A stretch of DNA of 64,000 nt, taken from NCBI GenBank assembly GCA_038231455.1, contig JBBRLI010000003.1, positions 1 through 64,000 of the forward strand. Direction: 5' to 3'. The translations under genes and the position numbers were made by a program. Within the stretch, counting starts at the first letter, position 1. Every line of letters begins with the position of its first letter. Under the pieces are notes generated by a model. It was not told the DNA's origin. It worked only from the letters and a program-made list of their open reading frames with translations, and made no database searches. This document shows, one piece after another, positions 1 to 8,676 of the stretch. Source of the stretch: Vulcanimicrobiales bacterium. Lineage in GTDB: Bacteria; Vulcanimicrobiota; Vulcanimicrobiia; Vulcanimicrobiales; Vulcanimicrobiaceae.

Positions 1-1109
1 ACCGGCATCATTAAATTGATTTCGAAGTTACCGGCCGCACCGCCGAATGCGATCGTTGCGTCGTTGCCGATGACTTGCGCGCACGCCATCATCACCGATT
101 CGCAGATGACCGGATTGACTTTGCCGGGCATGATCGAACTGCCGGGCTGCACTTCGGGAAGGTTGAGCTCGCCGATGCCGGCGCGCGGTCCCGACCCGAG
201 AAAGCGCACGTCGTTTGCGATCTTGTAGAGTGAGACGGCGATCGTACGCAGCGAAGCCGATGCCTCGACGAGATTGTCGAGTGTCGCTTGCGCTTGGAAG
301 TGATTCTCCGTCTCGATGACCTTGGCGCCGACGGCTTTGGTCAAACGCGCCGTTGCCTTCTTCGAGAAGTCGGGGTGCGTGTTGATGCCCGTACCGACCG
401 CCGTGCCACCAAGGGCGACTTCCGCGAGTTCTTCGAGTGCGTGTTTCGCACGCGCGATGCCGCGGTCGATTTGACCCGCGTAGCCATGGAATTCCTGACC
501 CAGCCGAATCGGCGTTGCGTCTTGAAGATGCGTGCGACCCGTCTTGATGATCCCGTGCCACGCTTTGGCTTTCGCTTCGAGCGCATCGCGCAGCAGCGTC
601 AGGTTCGGCAAAAGGTCTTCCGTAATCGCCATGATCGCCGAGACGTGAATCGCCGTCGGAATCACGTCGTTCGATGACTGACCGAAGTTAACGTGGTCGT
701 TCGGGTGAACGGGTTTCTTCGAACCGAGCACACCGCCGAGCTTTTGAATCGCGCGATTGGAGATCACTTCGTTTGCGTTCATGTTCGTCGACGTGCCGGA
801 GCCTGTCTGGAAGATGTCGAGGACGAAATGATCGTCGAGTTTTCCGTCGACAACTTCTTGCGCGGCATCGACGATTGCGGCGGCGACGTCCGCGGGGATC
901 AGCCCGAGCTCGGCATTCGTCTGCGCGGCGACCTGTTTGACAAGGCCAAGCGCTTTGATGAAGCGGCGGTGGAAGCGCAGGTCGCTGATCGGGAAGTTGA
1001 GGACCGCGCGCTGCGTGCCGGCACCCCAGAGGGCGCTCGCGGGCACGTGCATCTCGCCCATCGTGTCTTTTTCGACGCGCGTCTCGGCGCCGTTGAGCAC
1101 AGTGCTCAT
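1..1109 (-). CDS. fumC: Class II fumarate hydratase (3' end runs off the window)
   Basis: Manual translation from ATG 1109 gives MSTVLNGAETRVEKDTMGEMHVP...QTGSGTSTNMNANEV...HPNDHVN...GRTHLQDA...GSSIMPGKVNP. RBS AAGGAG upstream. Absent from the ORF track because no stop lies in the window. Confidence 0.95.
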   Translation of the reverse strand, partial: MSTVLNGAETRVEKDTMGEMHVPASALWGAGTQRAVLNFPISDLRFHRRFIKALGLVKQVAAQTNAELGLIPADVAAAIVDAAQEVVDGKLDDHFVLDIFQTGSGTSTNMNANEVISNRAIQKLGGVLGSKKPVHPNDHVNFGQSSNDVIPTAIHVSAIMAITEDLLPNLTLLRDALEAKAKAWHGIIKTGRTHLQDATPIRLGQEFHGYAGQIDRGIARAKHALEELAEVALGGTAVGTGINTHPDFSKKATARLTKAVGAKVIETENHFQAQATLDNLVEASASLRTIAVSLYKIANDVRFLGSGPRAGIGELNLPEVQPGSSIMPGKVNPVICESVMMACAQVIGNDATIAFGGAAGNFEINLMMP

Positions 1110-1286
1110 GGTTCTCCTTAAAAGTGAGTCGTTCGGAGGGTCGTCCGCAGAAAGCGGAACCCGGATCACTTCGCACGCGCACGGTGCCTGCCCTCGACGA
1201 TTTATGTCGCTGCCAGTAGGCGCCGGAGTCTCAGAAAAAGAACACCCGGCAACGCCTTCCGTGGCCCGAAGGCCTAGAGGTTAAGC

Positions 1287-2456
1287 ATGATCTTTCGTAT
1301 CGTCCGTGCCCTTGCCGTATCCGGGGTGCTCGCACTCGCATTTCCATGCCTGGCGCAAGCCCAAGTGCACCCTGTCCCGGCCGTCACCGCCTCGCCCTCG
1401 CCGCCCGCGGTTGAGGCGGCCCGCCAGAAGTCGATTGCCGGTGACACGACCGGCGCAATCGCGGAGCTAGCGCCGTACTTTGAGAAAAACCCGGGTGATA
1501 TCGCCGCCGGGCGCTTGCTCGGCGATTTGTATTACCGCGTTCCCGATTTGAAGCTTGCGGAAAGCACCTACCGGCGCGTCCTCAAGATTTCTCCGGACGA
1601 CCGCGATACGCACAACCGGCTTGGCGGCATCTATTCTGCGCAAGATCGGATCCCCGAGGCGATCGCAGAATTTGAGAAGTCGCTTCCCGTGCGTGAAGGC
1701 TTCATTGGCCTGGTCGAACTGCATCGACGAAACGGCGATCTTCCCGCTTTCGAACGCGTCGTGGAGCAGCGCGCGGATAACGATCGCTTCGATCCCAACG
1801 CCCAGTCGAATTACGGCAACGTGTTACGAGCCGAGCGTCGATTCCCTGAGGCAATCGTGTACTTCAAACGCGAACTTGCCCTGCGGCCGAGTTCGTGTTA
1901 CTCGCTCAACGATTTAGCAAACGCGTATCTCGACGTCGCCCGCGTCCAAGATGCCGTGCCGCTCCTGGACAAGTGCCTTGCGGGCGAGCCGGGCTTCTAT
2001 CCGGCGCTCGTCAACATCGGCGAAGCGAACATCGAGATCGAAAAGTACGATAAAGCACGCGAGTATTTACAGAAGGCACTCACGATTCGGCGCGACGGCC
2101 CCGAAGCGCTCGTCGACCTCGGCTACATTGCCGATGTGAAGCAACAGTGGCGCACCGCGATTCAATACTATCAGCAGGCGATCTCGGCCGACCCCCTCGC
2201 GCGCGACGCGTATGTCGATCTTGGCTACGACTACAACGAGCATCAACTCTACCCGCTCGCTGAAGCCGCGTTCCTTAAAGGCCTCTCGGTCTCACCGGGC
2301 GACGGCCGTCTGCACTACATGCTCGCGGTCACGTACAACGTGCAAGGCAAAGTGACACTCGCCCGCGCGCAATACCAGAACGCGCTTGCGTGTGACGAGC
2401 CGATCGTCGTGCGAGCAGCAACAGCCGAACTCGCGCTTTTGCCGCGCGCACTCTAA
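1287..2456 (+). CDS. Secreted tetratricopeptide-repeat protein
   Basis: N-terminal signal peptide (ALAFPCLAQA), then many TPR-like helical repeats (HNRLGGIYSAQ, LVNIGEANIE, LVDLGYIAD, YVDLGYDY). Confidence 0.85.
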   Translation: MIFRIVRALAVSGVLALAFPCLAQAQVHPVPAVTASPSPPAVEAARQKSIAGDTTGAIAELAPYFEKNPGDIAAGRLLGDLYYRVPDLKLAESTYRRVLKISPDDRDTHNRLGGIYSAQDRIPEAIAEFEKSLPVREGFIGLVELHRRNGDLPAFERVVEQRADNDRFDPNAQSNYGNVLRAERRFPEAIVYFKRELALRPSSCYSLNDLANAYLDVARVQDAVPLLDKCLAGEPGFYPALVNIGEANIEIEKYDKAREYLQKALTIRRDGPEALVDLGYIADVKQQWRTAIQYYQQAISADPLARDAYVDLGYDYNEHQLYPLAEAAFLKGLSVSPGDGRLHYMLAVTYNVQGKVTLARAQYQNALACDEPIVVRAATAELALLPRAL

Positions 2457-2866
2457 GAAGACTCTGGGGCATCCCACTCGACGGGCAACGGCACGTCGGT
2501 AAATGCAAGTGCGAGTGCCATTCGAACGAAACGCTGGCTGGTGAGAACGGAAAAAACGTTCTGACCGGCTAGCGTCTTGACGATCACCGCGCCTTCGATC
2601 GTCGAGATCGTCAGCGTTACGTCTTTGCTTTTCCCCGAGTACATTTCGCGCAGCTCCGCGAGCGTTTTCGCATCGCGTGCATCGTCACCCATGGTAACCC
2701 GTATCGGCTTGTGAACACCGCCAGCCGTGTGGACTTCGACGGCGAATGCGCGCGCGAGCTCTTCGGCGATCGCTGCTGCGGGCACGCCCGCGTGGGCGGC
2801 CGTAATCGTAACGGTCCAACCATCGCCGTTGAAGTCGCGGGCGAGGATGCGAGCGCCGTTGGCCAC
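2453..2866 (-). CDS. Hypothetical protein
   Basis: 137-aa ORF with GTG start immediately after the ridA stop, so probably operonic. No recognised motif. Confidence 0.6.
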   Translation of the reverse strand: MANGARILARDFNGDGWTVTITAAHAGVPAAAIAEELARAFAVEVHTAGGVHKPIRVTMGDDARDAKTLAELREMYSGKSKDVTLTISTIEGAVIVKTLAGQNVFSVLTSQRFVRMALALAFTDVPLPVEWDAPESS

Positions 2867-2867
2867 C

Positions 2868-3251
2868 TTAGCCCTCGCGCGTCGCGATTGCTTCGATTTC
2901 GACGCGTGCGCCCAGCGGCAATGCCGCGACGGCGATCGTCGATCGTGCCGGTGGCACCTCGCCGAAGAACGATCCGTAGACCGGATTCACGGCCGCAAAA
3001 TCGTTCATATCGACAAGAAAGATCGTCGTCTTCACGACGTGTTTGAACGAAACACCGGCCGCATGTAAGACGCGGCCGAGGTTCTCCATCGCAAGTTTCG
3101 CTTGCGCCGCGACGTCGCCGTCTATCAGCTTTCCAGCGGCCGGATCGATCGCGACTTGGCCGCTGCAGAAGACGAAGCCGGCGGTGCGAATCGCTTGGTT
3201 ATACGGACCGATCGGCTTCGGCGCATCGTCGGCATAGACGCGTTCGATCAC
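2868..3251 (-). CDS. ridA: RidA/YjgF family reactive-intermediate deaminase
   Basis: APKPIGPYNQA, VFCSGQ, VVKTTIFL, PARSTIAVAALP and VEIEAIA motifs. Confidence 0.92.
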   Translation of the reverse strand: MIERVYADDAPKPIGPYNQAIRTAGFVFCSGQVAIDPAAGKLIDGDVAAQAKLAMENLGRVLHAAGVSFKHVVKTTIFLVDMNDFAAVNPVYGSFFGEVPPARSTIAVAALPLGARVEIEAIATREG

Positions 3252-4300
3252 GCATTTGCCGTTTCGAGCGGCTTCTGCGCGTCCTCGAGCGTCATGGTGC
3301 CTTTGTAACGGCTCGGCTCATCACCGATGCCAAAGTTGGTCTTGCGGAGTTCTTCGATGCGCGCGAGTTCGTCGTGCGTGAGCGGACCCTGATCCGATGC
3401 CTCGGCGAACTCTTTGAGCTGATCGCGGTCGTAAATGTTCGGCAACACCGTCATCGTACGCGGTTCGGCGAGCAGCCACGAGATCGAGGCTTGGCCGAGC
3501 GTGCGCTTCGCATTTTCGAGGAAGCGTAGCTGTTCGACTTTCTTCACGCCGTTGATCAGCCACCAGCGCGGGCGATGGATGCGGTGATCGGTCGCGGCAA
3601 ACGTCGTCTCTTCCGTATACTTGCCTTCGAGCATGCCGCTGGAATGCGGCACGCGCACTTGAAAACCGGTGTCGGCATTCGCGGCATCCGCGGCATCGAT
3701 CATGTTCCGGCCGGGGAAATTCTCGAGCATGTTCCAGATCATTTGGACGTTCGTGACGTTGCGATCGCGCGCAGCCTCGATGCCCTCGTAGAGCCAACCG
3801 ATCGCCGGCCCAAGTGCCGCGCCGTAACATTTGATCTTGCCTTCGGCTTTGAATTCTTCGAGTAAACCGAAGAGTTCGTCGGAGCGGACCTGCGGCAAGT
3901 GCGCGTTGTGAATCGAATAGATATCGATGTAGTCCGTTTTGAGACGGCGCAGCGAGTTCTCGAGTGCAAAGCGGATGAACTTCGGTGAGAAATCTGCGGG
4001 AATCTCTTGCTGTCCGCGCCGTTCGCCCGAAAAATTGTAAAAATCGTAGCCGAACTTGGTCGAGTAGACGACCTGCTCGCGGCGGCCGACGAAGGCTTCG
4101 CCGAGCTGTTCTTCACTGCGCCCGTCGCCGTAGGTGTCGGCCGCATCGAAAAGCGTAATTCCGAGATCGAAGGCGTACTTGATCATATCAATCGCCTCGG
4201 CGTCGGTGTACGTGCCCCACCAGCCGGTCGATGTCGTCCAGAGGCCGAAGCCGACCTCACTCACTTTAATGTCCGTCTTCGGATAGGTCCGATATTTCAT
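3248..4300 (-). CDS. Aldo/keto reductase
   Basis: VSEVGFG, FDAADTYGDGRSE, STKFG and SLRRLKTDYIDIY motifs. Confidence 0.92.
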   Translation of the reverse strand: MKYRTYPKTDIKVSEVGFGLWTTSTGWWGTYTDAEAIDMIKYAFDLGITLFDAADTYGDGRSEEQLGEAFVGRREQVVYSTKFGYDFYNFSGERRGQQEIPADFSPKFIRFALENSLRRLKTDYIDIYSIHNAHLPQVRSDELFGLLEEFKAEGKIKCYGAALGPAIGWLYEGIEAARDRNVTNVQMIWNMLENFPGRNMIDAADAANADTGFQVRVPHSSGMLEGKYTEETTFAATDHRIHRPRWWLINGVKKVEQLRFLENAKRTLGQASISWLLAEPRTMTVLPNIYDRDQLKEFAEASDQGPLTHDELARIEELRKTNFGIGDEPSRYKGTMTLEDAQKPLETANA

Positions 4301-4362
4301 GCGTATCTCTCCCCCAAGCCAAGGTCGGCTTCGCCAACCTCCCGCCCCAGCCTACGCCCGCG

Positions 4363-4388
4363 GGAACATCGCCGCCGTGACTAACGTC
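4363..4388 (+). promoter_or_regulatory. Putative ECF sigma promoter (GGAAC-N17-CGTC)
   Basis: GGAAC at 4363-4367, 17-nt spacer, CGTC at 4385-4388, about 30 nt before the ATG at 4419. Confidence 0.5.
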
Positions 4389-4418
4389 CCATTGGGGAAC
4401 GCTCGCAGGGGGACACAT

Positions 4419-4628
4419 ATGGTGGCATTCAGCATCGCCGCGCTCCAGGAGCTAGCCGGGGTCCCGGTCCACGTTCGCTTGAGCGATGGGACCGAACACC
4501 GGGGATTGCTCCGTACCGATCTGCTCTCGGATCGCTCGCTCTCCGTCTATATCACGGGCTCGGGCGACGACGGGGCTACGCTCTATATCGATCAGATCTC
4601 CGAAATTATCAAGACCGAGTCCGTTTGA
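4419..4628 (+). CDS. Small hypothetical protein, possible Sm/LSm-like fold
   Basis: RBS AGGGGG then ATG 4419. 69 aa containing VHVRLSDGTEHRGLL...LYIDQISEI. Overlaps the start of the next gene. Confidence 0.65.
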   Translation: MVAFSIAALQELAGVPVHVRLSDGTEHRGLLRTDLLSDRSLSVYITGSGDDGATLYIDQISEIIKTESV

Positions 4629-6064
4629 ACGACGACGCCGGCACCGCCGGTTTTGAAGAGCGGTTCCGACGTGTCGGCGACTGGATCGCCGACTACTACC
4701 GCGAGACCCGCAAACACCCGGTCCTCTCGCGCAGCCTCCCGGGCGAACTGCGCGACGCCCTACCGAGCGAGGCGCCCGAGGAACCCGAGAGTTTCGATAC
4801 GATCTTCGCGGATTTTGAACGGCTGATCGTTCCTGGAATCACGCACTGGAACCACCCGCGGTTCTTTGCCTACTTTGCGATCTCGGCCGCGCCGATCACC
4901 GTGCTTGCAGAAGCCCTTGCCGCCGCACTCGATGTGAACGCAATGCTCTGGCGGACCTCGCCCGCGGCAACCGAACTCGAAGAAGTGACGCTCGGCTGGC
5001 TGCGCTCGCTGCTCGGTTTGCCGCCCGCATATAGCGGCGTCGTGTACGATACGGCCTCGATCAGCGGCTTTACGGCGCTTGCGACGGCTCGCGAATCGCT
5101 CGATCTCGACATCCGCGCCCGCGGTATGGCCGGTCGCAGCGACTTGCCGACGCTGCGCGTCTACATCACCGAGCACACACACTCGCACATCGAAAAAGCC
5201 GCGATCGCGCTTGGCGTTGGACGCGAAAACGTCGTCCGCGTGCCGGTCGACGAGGCCTTTGCGATGCGTCCGGATGCGCTAGCGGCGGCGATGGATGAAG
5301 ATATCGCGCACGGGATGCGCCCGATGTGTGTCGTGGCAACGGTCGGTACCACCTCGACCACATCGAGCGACGACGTTGCGGCGATCCGAGCCGTCAGCGC
5401 CAAACGTAGCGTGTGGCTGCACGTCGATGCGGCATACGGCGGCCCCGCTGCGATTTTGCCCGAGTTCCGGTACTTGCTCGACGGCGCGCACGACGCCGAT
5501 TCGATCGTCGTCAATCCGCACAAATGGCTCTTCGTCCCCGTCGACCTCTCCGTGCTCTACGTGCGCGATCTCGAACTCGTGCGCAAGACCTTTAGCCTCG
5601 TCGCCGACTACCTTGTGACGAACGACGGCGACGTTCGCAACTACATGGATTACGGACTACAGCTCGGTCGCCGCTTCCGCGCGCTCAAGCTCTGGTTTGC
5701 GATGCGCGCGTTTGGTGCGCGTGGGATGCGCGAACGCTTGCGCGACCATATCGCGCTCGCACAGGCCTTCGCCGGCTGGGTTGAAGCGGCACCGGGTTGG
5801 GAAGTCACCGCACCGCATCCGCTCTCCGTCGTCTGCTTTCGGTACGTCCCGGAGGGTGCGGACGACGCGCGTGTCGAGCGCTTGAACACGGCGATCATGG
5901 ATGCGGTGAACGCCGACGGCGAGATTTTCATCAGTTCGACGAAGCTCTACGGCCGCACCGTCCTCCGACTTGCCATCGGGAACGAACGCACGATCCTCGC
6001 GGACGTCGAACTCGCGTGGACGCTCGTGCGCCGTGCCGCGGAGCGCCTCGCGACCCACGTCTGA
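4625..6064 (+). CDS. Group II PLP-dependent decarboxylase (aromatic L-amino acid decarboxylase-like)
   Basis: PGITHWNHPRFFAYF, SPAATELE, HVDAAYG, NPHKW (PLP lysine) and GRRFRALKLW motifs. Confidence 0.92.
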   Translation: MNDDAGTAGFEERFRRVGDWIADYYRETRKHPVLSRSLPGELRDALPSEAPEEPESFDTIFADFERLIVPGITHWNHPRFFAYFAISAAPITVLAEALAAALDVNAMLWRTSPAATELEEVTLGWLRSLLGLPPAYSGVVYDTASISGFTALATARESLDLDIRARGMAGRSDLPTLRVYITEHTHSHIEKAAIALGVGRENVVRVPVDEAFAMRPDALAAAMDEDIAHGMRPMCVVATVGTTSTTSSDDVAAIRAVSAKRSVWLHVDAAYGGPAAILPEFRYLLDGAHDADSIVVNPHKWLFVPVDLSVLYVRDLELVRKTFSLVADYLVTNDGDVRNYMDYGLQLGRRFRALKLWFAMRAFGARGMRERLRDHIALAQAFAGWVEAAPGWEVTAPHPLSVVCFRYVPEGADDARVERLNTAIMDAVNADGEIFISSTKLYGRTVLRLAIGNERTILADVELAWTLVRRAAERLATHV

Positions 6065-6099
6065 GGGGACTGGGCGGCCCGACCGCCGATGTACCGTTC

Positions 6100-7068
6100 A
6101 TGCTTCACGTGACGAACGGTGACTCCGCGCTCGAGACGCTCCGCGAGGCCGGTCTCCCGGGGACATCGATCGCGTGGAAAGACGTTTTGCACGAAGGTCC
6201 GGTCCCGGGCCGCGTTCCACGAGATGAGTTGCGCCGCATCCGTGCCGACTACATCGCCGCTCAAGGCTGGGTGACGTTCGATTCGGCGTTGCATGATTTC
6301 ATCGAACGCGATGCAACGCTCTCGGGCGCGCACCACGGTCTCACGCTGTGGTTCGAAGCCGACCTCTACGATCAGCTCCAGCTCTTGCAAGTGCTCGCCG
6401 ATCTGCAAGCGTTCCACGTTCCCGCGCATTCGATTTCGGTTGTCTGCATCGACGCGCATCCGGAGATCGTTCGATTCGTCGGTTTAGGTGAACTTGCTCC
6501 GCGCGACTTTGCCGATCTCTACGAAGAACGGTGGCCGATGACCGATAGTGGCATGGCCTTCGCACAGCAAGCGTGGAAGGCGTTCACAAGCGACGATCCA
6601 AGCGGCCTTGCCGCGATCGCCAGGACGAAGCGCGACGATCTGGGCTTCGTCGCCGCCGCGTTCGATCGGCTGATGCACGAGTACCCGTCGCTCTCCAACG
6701 GCTTAGCGCTGACGGAAGCCCGGATCTTGCACGCGATCGATCGCGGACTCCACCGCGCGGGCCAGGTCTTCGCGCGCGTCAACGCTCAAGAGCCGCGACC
6801 GTTTCTTGGCGACTGGCAGTGCTGGTCGCGCATGAGCGAGCTTGCCGGCGCAAGCGAACCGTTGATTGCGATGACCGACGACGGCGGCGATTTTTCCGAC
6901 CGTCACGTGGCGCTCGCCCCACTCGGTCGCGCGGTGCTCGCATGGGAAGCCGATCGCGTCGCGCGCGTCGGCCTCAACCGCTGGATCGGCGGCGTTCAGC
7001 TCGACTCCGGCAACATGTGGCGCTACGATGAGGAGAGCGGCACGATCTTACGGGCGCTCGATTCGTGA
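6100..7068 (+). CDS. DUF1835-like protein
   Basis: MLHVTNGDSA...WKDVLHEGPVP...LWFEADLYDQLQ...GLNRWIGGV. Start trimmed to ATG 6100. Confidence 0.75.
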   Translation: MLHVTNGDSALETLREAGLPGTSIAWKDVLHEGPVPGRVPRDELRRIRADYIAAQGWVTFDSALHDFIERDATLSGAHHGLTLWFEADLYDQLQLLQVLADLQAFHVPAHSISVVCIDAHPEIVRFVGLGELAPRDFADLYEERWPMTDSGMAFAQQAWKAFTSDDPSGLAAIARTKRDDLGFVAAAFDRLMHEYPSLSNGLALTEARILHAIDRGLHRAGQVFARVNAQEPRPFLGDWQCWSRMSELAGASEPLIAMTDDGGDFSDRHVALAPLGRAVLAWEADRVARVGLNRWIGGVQLDSGNMWRYDEESGTILRALDS

Positions 7069-7925
7069 TGGTCGCGACGATTGCGACCGTCCTCGCCCTC
7101 CTGACGGCGCCCCAAACGACGCCCGACTTTCAAACGCACGATCGAGCTGCGCCAAAGCTCACCGTCGTCTCATCGGTGATCGATCGCGGCGTTCGCGTCG
7201 CCGAGGTCACCTACACGTTTCGGGGCAAGCCGATCCGCGCGCTCTTCGTCGAGCCCATTCATGCACGTCGTCACGCACCCGGCGTGCTGTTCGCTCACTG
7301 GCTCGGCGATCCGGCGACGACCAACCGAACCGAATTTCGCGCGGATGCGATGTGGCTCGCGCAGCGCGGCGTCGTCTCGCTCTTGCCCGACGAGCCGTGG
7401 TCGCAGCCCAACTGGTTTGAAGCCGTCCGAACGCGCGCCTCGGATGCAGCGGAATCGGCAGCGGCGGTTGCCGGACTACGCCGCGCGCTCGATGTCCTGA
7501 TCGAGACGGGCTCGGTCGACTCCAAAAAAGTCGCCTTTGTCGGACACGATTTTGGTGCGATGTACGGGGCATTGTTTGTCTCGACGGATCGACGCGTTCG
7601 CGTTGCCGCATTCATGACGCCGACGACGACGTTTCGAGAATGGTTCGATCTGGACACGAAGCGGCCGCCGACCGATCCGGCAGCCTACGAACGCGAGCTT
7701 TCGCAATTCGATGTGCCGCCCTACCTCGCGCACGCGCGGCTCCGTGCAAGTCTCGCGCAATTTGCGCAGCGTGATCCGTATGTAAGCGCGACGAAAGCGC
7801 GGGAATTTGCGACTGCGTTACCGGCTCGCGATCGCACGGTGCGCACGTATACTACCGGTCATGCATTAGGAATAGAACGAGCCACGAACGATCGTCGTTC
7901 GTGGCTCATCCAGCATCTTCGCTAA
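7065..7925 (+). CDS. Secreted alpha/beta hydrolase
   Basis: Signal-like N-terminus, nucleophile elbow VGHDFGAMYG, QRDPYV, and C-terminal TGHAL. Confidence 0.75.
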   Translation: MMVATIATVLALLTAPQTTPDFQTHDRAAPKLTVVSSVIDRGVRVAEVTYTFRGKPIRALFVEPIHARRHAPGVLFAHWLGDPATTNRTEFRADAMWLAQRGVVSLLPDEPWSQPNWFEAVRTRASDAAESAAAVAGLRRALDVLIETGSVDSKKVAFVGHDFGAMYGALFVSTDRRVRVAAFMTPTTTFREWFDLDTKRPPTDPAAYERELSQFDVPPYLAHARLRASLAQFAQRDPYVSATKAREFATALPARDRTVRTYTTGHALGIERATNDRRSWLIQHLR

Positions 7926-7928
7926 GAA

Positions 7929-8624
7929 CTACGCGGGGTTGTTGAAGTCGCCCGGACTCTTCGCTGTCCCCGTCCAGTCCGCTGTGCGGCCGGGCTTTGC
8001 ATCCGCGAGCGCCTTACGTAAGTCTGCAGCGTGGTAATCCGTCCCATACACGGCGGTACCGGGCTGCTGACGCCACGATTCATCGAGCGAACCGGCATCG
8101 ACGCCGTCGAAGCCGATCTGATCCAGGAGGCCGATGATAACCGCTTTTGCTTTGGTGTCATCACCCGCGACCGGTAACGCGATGCGGTCGGGTGTGCCTG
8201 CGGGTTTGCCCTTTTCGAGTAAGTGCTGCGCGTAGATGTTGTTGAATGCCTTGACGACGGGGCGCCCGAGCGTGTTTGCGACCCAGTGGCTTTCGGTCAT
8301 CCCGCCTTCGATGTCTTCAATCCGTCCATCGCGCTGTCGGGGGTAGTAGTTGCCGGTATCGACGACGACGACGCTCTCGGGCACGTTCGTAAAAAGATCT
8401 TTGGCCAATTTTGTGACATTGATCTGAGGGATCGTCACGATCACGACGTCACCGGCGCGCGCGGCCTCGCTGACGGTCACGGCGTTTGCGCCGGTCTCAG
8501 AGGCAAGATCTTTTAGCGACTCCGGTCCGCGCGAGTTAGCAATCGAGACCTGGTGCCCGACTTTGGTGAATCGTCGCGCAAGCGTGCCGCCGATATTGCC
8601 TGTTCCAATAATTGAAATCTTCAT
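7929..8624 (-). CDS. NADPH-dependent F420 reductase-like oxidoreductase
   Basis: MKISIIGTGNIGG Rossmann motif, ANSRGPE, DTGNYYP and VVKAFNNI. Confidence 0.88.
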   Translation of the reverse strand: MKISIIGTGNIGGTLARRFTKVGHQVSIANSRGPESLKDLASETGANAVTVSEAARAGDVVIVTIPQINVTKLAKDLFTNVPESVVVVDTGNYYPRQRDGRIEDIEGGMTESHWVANTLGRPVVKAFNNIYAQHLLEKGKPAGTPDRIALPVAGDDTKAKAVIIGLLDQIGFDGVDAGSLDESWRQQPGTAVYGTDYHAADLRKALADAKPGRTADWTGTAKSPGDFNNPA

Positions 8625-8676
8625 CGCTTCCTCGAAACCCACTCCGTTACAGGAGAGTTTCGAGGAAGCAGGCGAG

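Noticed and set aside
6066-6092. GCCGATGT before the DUF1835 gene as a sigma-28 promoter
   Set aside because: No -35 match at the right spacing, and GCCGAT is frequent in GC-rich DNA.
5797-6099. N-terminal extension of the DUF1835 ORF
   Set aside because: Out-of-frame overlap with the decarboxylase. The family motif begins at ATG 6100.
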